DNA from: the human T2T-CHM13v2.0 reference genome, Homo sapiens
Length of the DNA: 64,000 nucleotides
Reading direction: 5' to 3' (one strand)
Assembly (NCBI RefSeq): GCF_009914755.1
Contig: NC_060926.1
Both the position numbers and the translations under genes were made by a program. This document shows positions 41,948 through 56,039 of the stretch, piece after piece. The notes under the pieces were generated by a model. That model saw nothing but the letters and a program-made list of their open reading frames with translations. It ran no database searches and was not told where the DNA came from. The first letter of the stretch is position 1, and each line of letters begins with the position of its first letter.

Positions 41948-42033
41948 GTATGTACATATACACACTCATACATATGTGTGTTTATGTATGTATATGTAAT
42001 TGATTCTTTTCTCTGGAAAATCGTGGCTAACAG
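41741..42033 (+). mobile_element. MLT2B-type LTR 3' half with (TC)n/(TA)n
   Basis: 'gactggaactgacaccatc...gatcttgggacttctcagcctcc...cataataaatctctctc...ttctctggaaaatcgtggctaacaga'. Confidence 0.82.
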
Positions 42034-42041
42034 AACGAATA

Positions 42042-42473
42042 CAGTTGGCCCTTGAACAACACAGACTCAAGCTGCATAGGTCCACTTAACATGTGGATTT
42101 TCTTCCACCTCTTCCAGCCCGAGACAGCAAGAATAACCTCTCCTTTTCCTCCTCCTCCCCACCCTACATAACGTAAAGATGACAAGGATAAAGGCATATG
42201 ACAATCTACTTCCACATAATAAATACTAAATATATTTTCCTCTTATAATTTTCTTAATAACATTTTCTCTGCTTACTTTATGTAAGAATACAATACATAT
42301 TACATATAACATACAAAATATGTGTTAATCAACTGTTTATGTTATTGTGAAGGCTTCTGGTCAACATAAGCCTATTAGTAGTTAAGTTCTGGGGAAGTCA
42401 AAAGTTATACACAGATTTTCTACTGTGCAGGGAATCACTGTCCCTAACCCCCATATTGTTCAATGGTCAACTG
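42042..42473 (+). mobile_element. Tigger2a (MER28) DNA transposon
   Basis: TIRs cagttggcccttgaacaac / attgttcaatggtcaactg; TA duplications at 42040-42041 and 42474-42475. Confidence 0.92.
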
Positions 42474-42519
42474 TATGCCTATATTAAGAGAAAACTTTAA
42501 AATAAAATTTTAAAAAATC

Positions 42520-43470
42520 ACTAAAGACAGCTACTGATAATAAAAGTTTTCGTAAATACAACATTTCTAAATGTATGTGCCTCCAAGAACATAACCTCAT
42601 AACTCATAAAGCAATATGCTAAAATTACAAAGGGAAATAGAAAATCCACAATAATGCTGACTACTTTAACAAACTTGTCTCTGTAAATAACAGAAGAAGA
42701 AAAAATAAGAATGTAGTGTTTTGAACATAAAAACCACAAGAAAAAAACCTTTAAATAAACACTGAACATTTTTTAAAGAACTATAAGTTGTAACAAATTT
42801 CAATGAACTGAAATCATACAGAGCATGTTTTCTAATCAGAGTGAAACTAAACTAGAAATCAATTACAGTAGAATAACTAAAAACTCCTTTTGAATATTTC
42901 TTAAAAAGTCAATTACACTAGGGTCAAATAAGATCTATATAGTACATGACGCAAAGATGAACTTACAATAAAAAATTAGGAAATATTGTCAACTGATGAA
43001 AATACATAGTATCAAATTTAAGTTCATATTATAGAAAAAACAGGAAGATGAAAAGGAAGGAAGGAACGAAGAAAGGAAGCAGGAGAGGAAGAAAATTACA
43101 AAGGAAAACAGACAAATCCACAATAATAGCTACTGTTTATTTAACAGTAATTTAACAGTTTATTTAACAATAATGCCTAATGTCTATTTAAAGGTTTTTT
43201 TCCTGTGGTTAACAAACGTGAAGGAAGGAAGAAAAGAAGGAAGGCAGAAGGAAGGTAGGAAGGAAGGAAACTAACAATCTAAGCATCCAATTTATGTAGT
43301 TAGTAAAGAAAAAGAAAAAGGAATTACATCTCTCCCCAAAAAGCAGAAGGAATAAAATATAAATATAAAAGCAGATAATAAAATATAAAACAAGGATATT
43401 ATACAGAAAGTGAGGAAATGGTTAATACATAATTCAATAGACTGGTTATATCTGATAAAGGAGGAAAGAG
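42520..43470 (+). mobile_element. ancient L1M ORF2 endonuclease/linker fragment with GAAG microsatellite
   Basis: 'ctaaatgtatgtgcctccaagaacataacc', 'gaactgaaatcatacagagcatgttttctaatcagagtgaaactaaactagaaatcaat'. Confidence 0.7.
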
Positions 43471-43472
43471 GA

Positions 43473-43850
43473 TGTCTTAGTCAATTTGTGCTATAACAAA
43501 ACACCAGAGACTGGGTAATTTAAGAAGAACACAGATTTATTTTCTCACTGTTCTAGAGGCTGAGAAGTCCAAGATCAAGGCACTGGAAAGTTTAGTTGTC
43601 TGATGAATGTTGCCCTCTGCTTTCCAGATGGCACCTTGTTGCTGCATCCCACAGAGAAGGAGGAATGTGGTATACTCACAGGGAGAAGGTAGAAGGTGAT
43701 TCCCTCTGCCAACCCCTTTAATAAGGGCAACTAATTCCATTCACAAGGAAGGAGCTCTCATGGCCTAATGACCTCTTAAAGGCCTCGCCTTCTAATACTA
43801 GCCCATTGGCAACTCCTGAATTTTGTAGGGGACACTTTGAAATGGTAGCA
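43473..43850 (-). mobile_element. MSTC/MSTD-like MaLR solo LTR
   Basis: TG...CA ends; 'gttctagaggctgagaagtccaagatcaaggcac', 'ccagatggcaccttgttgctgcatcc'. Confidence 0.88.
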
Positions 43851-44819
43851 GGGAATATCATTAGGGAAGTGTGCACTATTTTTACAGTCACTTCTCATTT
43901 CTTGTACTGAAAAAACAAATTCCATGATTAGGAAAATATAATCTGTGAATTTATTTAACTGGACATATGATATATCTTGCAGGTATATACATACATTGCT
44001 ATATGTAGAGTAAAAAAAATAAACTAGTGTCTGAGAAAGCAACCTCTCAAGGTGTACCATGGAGCCTCTTCTACTTTCTTGTCTGTGAACCACTTGTACT
44101 GAATATCAGCCATGACCATGTGATATATAAACAAAGGGAAGCCACCAGTGCAATCTGTATAGTAAATTTTAATAAAGGTTGATGTCTTTATTTTTAATTT
44201 TAAAATAATACAATTGACAGATCTAGTATGTCTTCTAACCACTCAATCAATCATTTTGTTTTCACCCATGATGTTCACACCTTGCGTTGTATCCACATAT
44301 TATTTAATTCCAATGACTTGATTTTCTACAGGGTCAGTTCTAATCACTAATGTTCTTTCTGTCATTCAACATATCAGACCAGTTCATTTTCACTTTATTC
44401 ATACAGCTCATATTTTATTAAAATTGTGAAGAGTACAATACAGATGCTTAAGAAAAATTTTGTTTCCCATTTAGATATGATTCTTCTATTATCTTTAAGC
44501 CTACGCTTTACTTACATGAGAGCATACTTTCATTTATTCTCCATACTGTTTTTTTCTCCTACTTACCCATCCTTTAATGAGAATAAATATATGCAGGCCT
44601 ATAGGTTGTAAATTGACAGGGTGAGTGTATATTCCAGTGTCCAATACTTAATGTCCACTAGGACACCACCAAAATTCTCCTCTCATACCTTAAGCTGAAG
44701 CACAATAGGTATGTACAGAACCTCCCCAAGTTTGTGGTGTCTAAAGACACTTAGTTGGTAAGCCTAGGGCAGGATTTATTTTTACTTATCTCCACTACCT
44801 GGCTCCTTTACAATGAGAA

Positions 44820-45000
44820 AGCAACTTGGTATATTAAATTGGAGAGCTTAGAGTCTCAAATCAGACTGTCTGGGTTCAAATCCCATCTTCACAACCTATT
44901 AGAGGTGTGACCTTGGGCAAATCACTTAATTTGTCATTGCCTTAGTTAGCACATTTCTAAAATAGAGACGATGATCATCTCTACCTCACAGCAGTATTAT
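44820..45000 (+). mobile_element. MIR
   Basis: 'tctgggttcaaatccc...gtgtgaccttgggcaaatcacttaat'. Confidence 0.85.
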
Positions 45001-45459
45001 AATTTCATGACAAACAAGTATGAGCTCTTATTAATTTATGTTTAGATATACTTTTTACTAAAAATGCTGCATGAAAAAAATTTCTTTAGAGTACCAACTC
45101 CCTATTTTTTTTCTAATTCTGTTCTTATTTACTGCCAATTTAATATCAAGGGTTAGTGTCCCCTACTCACCCTTGGCTAGTTTACGTACTGTGAATTTCA
45201 ACCACTCAATGGATAAGGGCAACTTAGCCTGTTGGTTAATTTTGCTCACCCCATCAGGGAAAAACCGTGACTCTTTTGGTTGGAATATAGGTCTCCATTG
45301 GAAAATCGGGGTATGCAGGGAGTTTCCTATCTCCTACCTGTCAGAGGCACAGGCATGCTTGTGATTGTTTCTTCTTCTGATCTTTCTGCACAGTTAATCC
45401 TTTCAGAGTCTGACAACTCTTTGTATCCCTCCCACCCCACAGCACTCCTTATCTATTAA

Positions 45460-45628
45460 CAAACTGGGCTAATTGTTTGTTGTCTGCTCCCAACTCCATG
45501 GCAGCTAGAATAATATCTCTGCAAGGACAGGGAATTTTCTATATATGTTTACATAAGGACAGGGAATTTCCTCTATATGTTTACTTAAAACAGGGCCTGG
45601 CCCTGTGTAAGATTTCAAATAAATGCTT
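45460..45628 (+). mobile_element. L2 3' end with an internal 32-bp tandem duplication
   Basis: 'aaggacagggaatt' units at 45523 and 45555; ends 'tcaaataaatgcttt'. Confidence 0.6.
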
Positions 45629-46670
45629 TTTAATATATTAACAACCTTACTTTTTAGTACAACTGTGACTCTACAAGTGTTCTGTTTTCAAAGGCATTTC
45701 AATGGGGAACTCCATCAGGTGAAACTAGCTGGCCTCCATACCTTGGAGGTCAGGTGCATTGTTTTTAGAACCAATCATTTGAACTTTCCCCAATGTATGA
45801 CAATTTAAAAATATATATATTTAACAGCCCAGGGCATCTTTTTTTGGTAATGTCAGAGAAGACAATTGAAGTCACTGAATTTGCATTAAGAGCAGCAACT
45901 TTCCTTCAAATGATAGCTGCCCTAGGGCAAGGGCAAAACTTCAGCCATATTGGTTAGACAGAGATGAAAAACTGGATTGGTCACAGGCCCTGCTCTACAT
46001 ATATCATCCAGTGAAATTGGTTTTAGTTAGAAATATTAATGGCATTCCTTTTTTGGGTTTCCACCACTTCTTTTCAGTTCTAAAGTTCTGCCTCCATTTA
46101 TGGTTGCTTCAACTGCCAGTCGGAAAGCTTCTATCCAAGGCTGTCAGCAGAAGACACTTGAACTGGAATTTCAATGAAGTATTGTAAATAATTATTTAGT
46201 ATCATTCCTCTAATGAATCACATTAAATCAGGGAAGAAACACACAAGTTGTGTCTGGTGTGCTTTTCCTCTTTATGAATTTTTTTCCTTCCTAATAATAG
46301 TGCTTAAAATTTTAAGATGGTAAGAGATATATTCATGGTATTTACATTTTATTTTGTTATATTTTATTTTGTAAATTTTATTTTGACATTTTATTTTGCA
46401 AACACCAAGGTTAATACACAGGGAAAACCAAAAACAGTTCCATAAAATGAAATTATAATGGTTGAAATCTAGAGATTCTCATTGTTATGCCACAGTTTAT
46501 GCTATTATCTGAACTAAATATCACTCTGTGAAAAACAGTATCTGGGTCTGCCATTTTTCAACAATTTTCTGATTTTCTAATATCAACTGGGTGGCTTATA
46601 ATTCAATCCTCTTATGACACTAACTCTAGGATAGCATCAGATTCCCCAGATATAAGGGCTAAATCTCACA

Positions 46671-46830
46671 TTAGGGCTCAAGACACACTGCCCCAAAATA
46701 TGACTGTAGAACACCAGACACTGTTACTCCAAAATATATTTCTTTGGCATGTTTTGAGCTGGTTATTCTGAGAAAAGGCAAACAAAAGAGTAGCTCTGAA
46801 ATTTACAGTTTTTCAGGAGCAAAATTTACA
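46671..46830 (+). mobile_element. MER34/MER39-family LTR 5' fragment
   Basis: 'ccccaaaatatgactgtag...ccaaaatatatttctttggcatgttttgagctggttattctgagaaa'. Confidence 0.65.
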
Positions 46831-47097
46831 GTAATCAGGAAGTCACCCTATATGGTCTAAAAAGGGGAGGCATGAATAATCCACCTTTGTTTAGCATATC
46901 ATCAAGAAATAACCACAAAAATGGGCAACCAGCAGCCCTCAGGGCTGCTATGTCTATGGAGTAGCCATTCTTTTATTCCTTTACTTTCCTAATAAACTTG
47001 CTTTCACTTTATTCTATGGACTCGCCCTGAATTCTTTCTTGCATGAGATCCAAGAACCCTCTCTTGGGGTCTGGATTGGGACCCCTTTCCTGTAACA
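46831..47097 (+). mobile_element. MER41A/B LTR 3' half
   Basis: 'caccctatatggtctaaaaaggggaggcatgaataatccacc...aataaacttgctttcac...gatccaagaaccctctcttggggtctggattgggacccctttcctgtaaca'. Confidence 0.88.
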
Positions 47098-48288
47098 TGA
47101 GCACCACCCTTTCAGCACTTCAATGTTTTGGAGCAACCAGAAGCTCCTCTAACATTATTGTTCAAGAGGTTTTTTTTAAGGCTTTATTTATCAGGCATGC
47201 TTAATTAAATCACTGTCATTGGCAATTGAACTCAATCTTCAGCCCTCTTCCCCTCTCCAGAGTTTGGGGGGATAGGGCTGAAAGTTCAAGCCCTCAAATT
47301 ACTTCTGTGGCTTATTCTTCCCTTGAAACCATGTAAGGGCCTACCTGGACTACACTCGTTAGCATAAACTCAGGTATGTTAAGGGGGCTCATTATAAATA
47401 ACAAAATACACACCAGACACTTAAGAAATTCCAAAGAATTTAGACACTCTGTGCCAGGTATAAAAAGGACAAAGACCAAATCTATTTTTCATTATAACAC
47501 AGTGGAAAAATCATATTTACTCCAAGACATTTTACGTATTATATCTTAATAACACTAAATATTTTAGTTACCATTATGCAGCCAGGTTTTTCAATGAAAA
47601 ATATAAAACGTAAAACTTTCAGTGTATTTTAGAGTGTTGAAAGCTTGACATGTCAATATCTGAAAATTCAAAGTTTTACAAATTGTAACTTGGAAGAAGG
47701 AGGCTTGTAAAGAAGAATTACCTTTCAAAAAAGAGCAACGTTTAAATTTTAGATATATTCTACTTTCTATGTTTTTATAAAAAAATTTAATTCCAGTTTT
47801 AGGTGAATAAAAAAATCAAGCAGCAAAAAACAAAAATCTATTGAAGTTTCTTCTTTAAATGCCAATATATTTTCATGATGAAACATGAAAATAGGTATAG
47901 CGTAAAAAGATCTTTAAATATCATAACCAAAATTTGATTATTACCAGTACATAACTTGTATGCATTTGCAGAAGGCATTTATGTAACTTCCATTCAAATT
48001 TATTTCTGTCTGTTATTTACACATCTACTAATGTCATCAAAATGCATAATGAGGCAGCAATGCAGAATATCCAGCTTTGTATAATATGTTTACACATTCT
48101 GACTGCTAATACGCTAGAAATAAGTCAAAATGCTCTATCAGTGGTAACTTTGTAAAGAACTTAATTTTTTGGTTATCTGAAATGTTTGAATCTGTAATTC
48201 CTTTTCTATATTTTTATAAATAAGTAATAATAAATTGCTAAAAAGTTTTTAAAAAACAGATATGATTCTTGCCTTAAAAAAGATACAG

Positions 48289-48610
<322 letters not shown>

Positions 48611-49311
48611 TTAAAATATTCATAATAATTTCATATTGGACTGCAAAATTTTGTTAATTTACTCAAATTTGCTTATGCTATAGGGTAATACTTTCATAAT
48701 ACTTTCAGGAGATAATAGAAATATCACCTAAATAATAATGATATCACAATGTTTCCACTTTCTCACAGCAGGGATTTAACAACAGCTATTTTTAGCAGAG
48801 ACAATTCTTTGCTAATTGATTCATTTTTATCAGTTTTAAAATTGATACATGTATTAAAAATTGGTGCACCAACTCGGGAATATATTATATTGTAATCTGC
48901 TCTAGGTAGTCTGCCGTGCTATATTCCTAAGGAGATAAATTACCAAATCTGCATATTGTGCATTGGTCAAGAGTAATGTAAATTATCAATACTGTATGGT
49001 CAAAGATAACTCCACTTAATACAATGTCCTTTCTGCTACATTTAAATATCTGGCTAATTTCTTATTATGAGAGCAGATTCACTGATTACAATCTTTCAAG
49101 ATATGGGGAAAAGATATTAAATAAAAACAGTTTCGTAAAACCAGTGATCAATTAGCTTCAGTGCAAGGGAAAATTTCATAATTCTTACCAGTTAAAACCA
49201 GGTATAGCCTTTACCCTTGCATTCTGCTTCAACAACTCAGGTTACCACTTCTGTTGAATAATCCAAAAGACCCATTTCACTCCTATACTGCTTGCACACT
49301 ATGCAGCATTG

Positions 49312-49450
49312 CATTTCAGTTCACAAATATGCTTTGGGTACTTAGATATGCAAGACACTATGTTTGGTCCTGGGAATTCAAAGATGAATACGGCATGATT
49401 CTCGCCTTTGAAAAATTTATAGCCTAGTATGGGAAACTGACATTAAATTG
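49312..49450 (-). mobile_element. L2 3' fragment
   Basis: 'atgcaagacactatgtttggtcctgggaattcaaagatgaatacggcatgattctcgcctttgaa'. Confidence 0.7.
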
Positions 49451-49544
49451 AATGATACCACATTTTAGAACTTTTGTTAGTTTTATAAAAAAGAGACACA
49501 TTAAAGGTAGTTGAGGTAAAAGAGTATTATTGTGTAGGTGTAGA

Positions 49545-49766
49545 TCTGCAGTAGCCACCTAAAGACCCAGAACCAGGAAGGTATCAAGAAGGAACAGAAC
49601 CCAAGTGGAAACTCTGCTTCTTTTTTTTAGGTTCTGCTAACACCTTGATTTTCCCTCAGTAAAATCCACTTCAGATTTCTGACCCTGAGAATTTTAAGAT
49701 AATACATTTGTGCAATTTTAAGCTATAATTGGTAATTTGTTACAGGCACAATAGAGCACTAATACA
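49545..49766 (+). mobile_element. MLT1D-like LTR 3' part
   Basis: 'ctgctaacaccttgatttt...cttcagatttctgacc...ggtaatttgttacaggcacaatagagcactaataca'. Confidence 0.75.
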
Positions 49767-50024
49767 GAAGTTATACAATCATTTTTTTTATCCTGGTAGT
49801 GGCTATATTCAAATTTTAGGAATATTTAGCTTATATTTCTCTGCCAAATCAAGAACACCTATTAAGTCCTCTTGTGTGGCTACATCAGAGATTTAACAAG
49901 CATTTAGCTTTTGCCATCATTTTTCATCTTAGGTTTGTTCATTTCCTTCTTCACTTGTTTGTGTGTTTGTTAAATTATTCCGCTTTTTAAATTCAACTAA
50001 TTATTAATTAACATTGTTAATATG

Positions 50025-50245
50025 ATGCAGTATAATGTTTGTTCTGGAGTCAAGCATGCTTGGCTATGAATCCTGGCCTTACTATTTCCTGGCTGTGGGA
50101 CCATGGACAAATTATGCAGACTTTCTGATTCTATTGACCTTACATGGAAAATCGGTTGAGAATTCAATACCTATCTCATTATTATTTTATATTAAATTAA
50201 ATGATGCATGAAAAGCATCTGGCACTTAGGCAATCACTCAATAAG
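50025..50245 (+). mobile_element. MIR
   Basis: 'tctggagtcaagcatgcttggctatgaatcctggcc...gctgtgggaccatggacaaatta'. Confidence 0.75.
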
Positions 50246-50754
50246 CAAGAAATGTCATAATCTTCCCTTTCAAGAACTCTTTTTGACCTTTGCACTAAGT
50301 ATTTAAATTGTTATCATACATATTTATGTGTATAAAAAATAAAATTTATTTAAGTGTTTTTATTGCTCACTTCAATGTTTCAGTTATTTTATTAAAATCC
50401 ACTTTCATTTGACAAGAATTTTTTTTTGGCTAAAATTTTGAGAAAAAATATGGAGATGGTATGTTTTGTGAGCCATTGCACAGCATGGGAAAACATGTTG
50501 CCCTCAAATGTAAATGTTAGCTTAGCTAGGTATAGAATATTGGAAATTATTACATATGAAGTTCTTGATCTCTGTCTTCAGACATTTGATTTTTATACAG
50601 ATCAATTCTGAGGCAAATTTGATTTTGTTTTTTTCTTATAGCTAGCTTTTTTTTTTGTAATCAAGTGAAGACATTTATTCACTCAGGTAAATTTCTTCAA
50701 ATGTTTTCTTTGATGATTGGTTCTCTATCTCCTCCTTTTTCTTGTTCTAGAATT

Positions 50755-50980
50755 AATTCTGTGGACTCTTGAGTTACACTGCCTGGATCTACCACTTACA
50801 AATCTTTTATCTTGGGCAAGTTGCTTAAATTTTCTGTGCCTCAGTTTTCTAATCTATAAAATAGAGAGCATAATAATATCCATCTTACAGTTTTGCTATA
50901 AGGATAAAATTTGTTATTGTATGTAAAGGAGTAAAACTTGCCTAGCACATAAGTGTTCAAAAACTATTAATTATTATTGA
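50755..50980 (+). mobile_element. MIR
   Basis: 'cttgggcaagttgcttaaattttctgtgcctcagttttctaatctataaaatag'. Confidence 0.85.
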
Positions 50981-51039
50981 TAGTGTTTTAATTATACACT
51001 CTTGCAGAATGTCTAATTTGCAGATTCTCCATTGTATGT

Positions 51040-51356
<317 letters not shown>

Positions 51357-52668
51357 ATGTTTTAGTTTTAGAACAGTGTTTTGCATCTAAATGCAATCTT
51401 TTAAAAATTTCTAAATTGTTGCATTTTTATAGACAACGTGTTTTCTAGACTCTCGTGGAGAATATGAAGTAGAGATTTCTGAAAATTTGCTACTGTTTCT
51501 TGGAATAAATCTGTTTTTATTTATCCTCAAAAGACATTTGCTTTACCTCCTCACAATAGTTTTCATACCTGAAACTACCAAATACTTTCATTTGACTGGC
51601 GAATTTTCTGTTTGCTCAACTTTACGGAGTCTGACATTTTGTTTAGGGGAGTTGACATGAGAACAACAAGAAATTATAGGGGTTTCCTTTTCTAACTTTT
51701 AACTCTTGTCAAAAGGGGAAAAAAAAGTTTACTTTTTTTGTACCTTTATTTTATTAAATCTGGGAGTCCCAAGTGGCTGCAGTGAGCACTACGAGAATTT
51801 CTGGGGAGCAGTCACAGGATAGAAAACCCTCCACTTTGGTAAGAGGTGTCTTTTGACACAGTTGTTGAATAGCCCAAAGTAAGCTGAGCACCTGTCCCTA
51901 CCGTTCCACCTGACGTGACTAATCTCCTTGGTAACCTGTTGTGATGTTGCCCACCTCAGCCAGTTGTCCTATTAGTGAATACTATTGCACCAGTAAAAGT
52001 CATTTTATTTGCTCTCCACTGACTACTCCAGGGAGCTCAATTCCCAGCTCTGTTCAAATATTAAATTTTGGAGAGGAGGCTCAAATTCTGCTCTCTTATT
52101 CCACAGGCAAACTTCCTCCATCATAACTGCCTAATCAGAGACTAGTTATTATGGTCCCCAATTTGATCCCATCCGCGCAGATTTTGTAGGGGCAATTTTC
52201 TCCGCTGGGGCCTCTTCATGGCCTTCTTTCCTGTTATCCAACACTGCTAATGATTTCTTTTTCACTTTTCCCACTATTTGCATTTCTCTGATCAATTCCT
52301 TGGCACTTAGGGAAAGAGCGTTAAATATATGTGCTCACATTACTATCCTAAAGTGGAAAGCTCCTATTTTTCTTTTTTATGGGAGATCTTTGCTTTCCCA
52401 AAGCACTGACATTAGTATATAATGAACCCAGATTTGAAGTATGTGATTAAATATGGAATAAATCTCTTTGAAAGGGAAGTCAGTTACCTTATTTCTTATT
52501 AATGATAGTAAAGCTAGTCTCTTAGATTTGTTGTTAAATCTCTGTTAAGCAAACAAACCAGATCACATGAATTTTCTTAAGCTGATACTTGATAATTACG
52601 TGAAAATATTCGTAGTACATACTGCATCATAATAGAGACAACAAATATGTAGAAGAAATCTCACTTGA

Positions 52669-53019
<351 letters not shown>

Positions 53020-53519
53020 TAGAACTATTAAATTTGGTCCAGTTCTGAAATGAGAGCAATTTTTAAATTTGGTTCATCGTACCTTGTTAATTCTAAAAGT
53101 TTCAATTTTGTGAATCATGTATGTGAGTGTTTGCCCATATTTTAAAACTAAAATTCCATTTGTAGCAGAGAATTTTAGATTCTTATGTTCCTCAAATTTA
53201 TATTTCAAAAGTAGTTTTAAAATTTATAAATGTAATGTTGTAATATTGAATTATACCTTCTTTAAGTTATAATACTTCTATATCTGATATCCCCTCCAGG
53301 CTAGCTAAGAATACATCTGACTCCTCTAATTCCTCTGGATAAAAATAGTGACCACTGTGGAGAAATTACATCTAAACTTTGGTGTTGTTTATTTACCTTT
53401 ATAGTAGCGATACAGTATGGCTAAGAACAAAACTCTGATTTTTTTTCTTGTAATTCTCTTCTCTGTGGGCTAGGCACACCTGACCACTTCCAATTATAAG
53501 GGTATAATGACAGGTTCTC

Positions 53520-53878
53520 TCTATTCTGCAGGTTTGTTCCATCTGCCTGAAATGCTTCTCCTGCCCCAGGACCTCAGCACTTCCCGGTTTACACCCTCAC
53601 TGCATCCACATAACCTCTGCATATACATTAGTTATGTGTCCCCTTCTCTGATAAATTTCCCTGTACCACAAAGCTTAGCTTGTATTCCCTGAATATGCTT
53701 ATCAATATTACAGAACTTTTTATACAATATTTTAGATGCATTTTTAAATGCTTTTCTTAGGAGATAAATAAATTGAACTCATAGCAAGCAAGGACTAGGT
53801 CTTCCTCAAATTTGTAACTACAATGCCAAGCATAACATCCAATTCTCAAAAAATATTTGTGGAATTAACTGCTGAATA
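53520..53878 (+). mobile_element. L2 3' portion
   Basis: 'gttccatctgcctgaaatgcttctcc' through to 'ctcaaaaaatatttgtggaattaactgctgaat'. Confidence 0.65.
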
Positions 53879-54639
53879 ATGTGACCACGTTAAACATTAG
53901 AACAATAAGGAGAAATTTTTACGTTGCTATCACAAAGTTGGCAACACTAAGAATACAAGTAACTATTAATACTTTAAGTGTCAGGGTAGTGCCTGCTTTA
54001 AGACTAATTAATAAGTATATCCGCTTTTTTTTAGGAAATTCAGCAGTGGTCCCATACATGTAAACATTATGCAATATTAACTTTAGCATTTAGCCATGAC
54101 TCATATTGATACTAGCTTTTTATAGCAAATGAGATATAGACAAGTGAGACAATTGTCTAGGTAACTGCAGTGTATGATGAGAATAGAAAGCTTTGACCTA
54201 AATGATAGTAAGCATGTAACTTGATCCATCTTTGATTTTCAAATGCTACAGAAAAATAACTAGCATTCCAGTTATTTTAGAATTATTCAGACTTCCTGGC
54301 TTCTTAGTTCTGGTGTAAACTCTCCCTTTAAACAAGTGCTTTTTAATGTTTGCAGCACATCAAAATAACCTGTGTGATATTATTCACCAAGCTGAATTTC
54401 TGTAGATGACCAGAGCATCTAACTACTTCTCAGACAGTACTAGTTTCCTATTGCTCAGAGTAAAGAGTAAATAAATACTGCTTCAAGAAATGGAGTATTG
54501 ATTAGATTACACAAAATTAAAGTAGAACAACTGGATGAACTAGAAAACTATAAACTTTCAACTTTTCAAACAATTCAAACTTTTTAGAAGGCGAATACAA
54601 ATACACATATGAAACAAAAAAAGCACTTTAGGAATGGAT

Positions 54640-55480
54640 TTAAAAGGAGCATTAAAAATAAAAATAAATCTAAAACAACGTGACATAACTACGAATAAAC
54701 ATATTAAAACATGTAGAAGGTCTACATGGAGAAAATGTTAAAATATTACTTAGGGACATTGCTTGAAATAGTAAAACACAGAATGCTAATTAAGTGACAA
54801 TTAACAGATCTGGTCAACTAAAGTATGATGCTTCCATATAATCAAGTACTACCTACCCACTGAAAACAAAAGGATAGTTTATTTCTATGATATAAAACAA
54901 TTGCCAAGATAAACTGTTTTGTTTTTAGAGACAGAGTCTTGCTCTGTTGTCCCGGCCTGGAGGGCAGTGGTGTGATAACAGCTCACTGCAGCCTCTTGGC
55001 CTCAAGCAATCCTCCCACCTCAGCCTCCTACCTAACTCTGACTACAGGTGTGTACCACCATGTCTGGCTAATTTTTTAATATTTTTAGAGACAGAGTCTC
55101 AATATGTTTTGAAGGCTGGTCTTGAACTCCTGGCCTCAAGCAGTCTTCCTGCCTCAGCCTCCCAAGTCACTGGGATTACAGGTGCAAAGCACCATGCCCT
55201 GCTAAGATATACTGTTAAGTGCCAAATGAAGGTTATTGTGCCAAGTATGCTACTATTTGTGTTAAAAGCAGAAAAATACATGTTCTATGTAAGTGTATGT
55301 ACATAAACATTTGCATGTATTATATGCTTAAATATGAATGTCTCCAGACAGGCTCATAAGAAATTGTGGATGCTTCTGGGAAACAGAGCTGGCATGAGAC
55401 ACTTTCCATTGTATAACTTTTTGTACAACTGAACATTTTTTAAAGTGCACATATTATCTTTTTCTAAAATAATAAAGTAA
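54640..55480 (+). mobile_element. ancient L1ME 3' remnant, interrupted by Alu
   Basis: 'ctggtcaactaaagtatgatgcttccatataatcaagtactac' and 'gagacactttccattgtataactttttgtac'. Confidence 0.5.
54919..55203 (-). mobile_element. AluJ (Jo/Jr-like)
   Basis: 'gaactcctggcctcaagcagtcttcctgcctcagcc'; TSD aagata(a/t)actgtt. Confidence 0.9.
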
Positions 55481-55572
55481 AATCTCCAAGTTAATTCTGA
55501 TACCTGGAACTAAAAGCCATTGGTCCAGTATAAAACATTTGGACCTTGATAAATCCACTGCATAGTATAGCA

Positions 55573-56039
55573 CATGTTCTTAACCTTTATTGTGCCATAG
55601 ACCCCTTTGATAGTCTAGGAGAGTGTTTGGACCCATTCTCTATAAGTTTTTGATGTTTTAAAAATGGATAAAACTAAAAATATACAATTATAAAAGAAAC
55701 AAAGTATGTTAAAATTGGTTTTTAAATATTAGACCTGGCAGTAGGTCTAATATCAGCCAGACTTTTGTAATACTGATGAATATGAATGATATTTTGGAAG
55801 AGCTAAACAGCTCTATTGTGATATGAAAACATCTTCAACTACTTTTTGTGGGAAAAAATCACACATAATGCTAATCCTAATGATTTGCTATATAATTACA
55901 GGAAATGCTAAATTCCAGTACAAATGAGTGAAAAATTAAAATGTGATTTTTTTTTCCCTCCTTTCCAAGCTCACAGATTGTTCCTAACATCTAACCAGGG
56001 ACCCACTGAGTGTGTATGGACTCCAAATTAAGCACTCTG
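55573..56039 (+). mobile_element. Charlie4a-like hAT element
   Basis: 'gttcttaaccttttattgtgccatagacccctttgatagtctagg' and end 'atggactccaaattaagcactctg'. Confidence 0.75.

Larger units (their letters stand above)
46527..47501 (-). mobile_element. MER21C-like LTR in two parts (46527-46670 and 47098-47501)
   Basis: Reverse start 'tgtgttataatgaaaaatagatttggtctttgtcc...cctggcacagag'; left part 'aactgggtggcttataattcaatcctc...gcatcagattccccagatataagggct'. Confidence 0.75.

Noticed and set aside
45145-45420. GC-richer block, possibly an ancient LTR
   Set aside because: Could not assign a family or termini from the sequence alone
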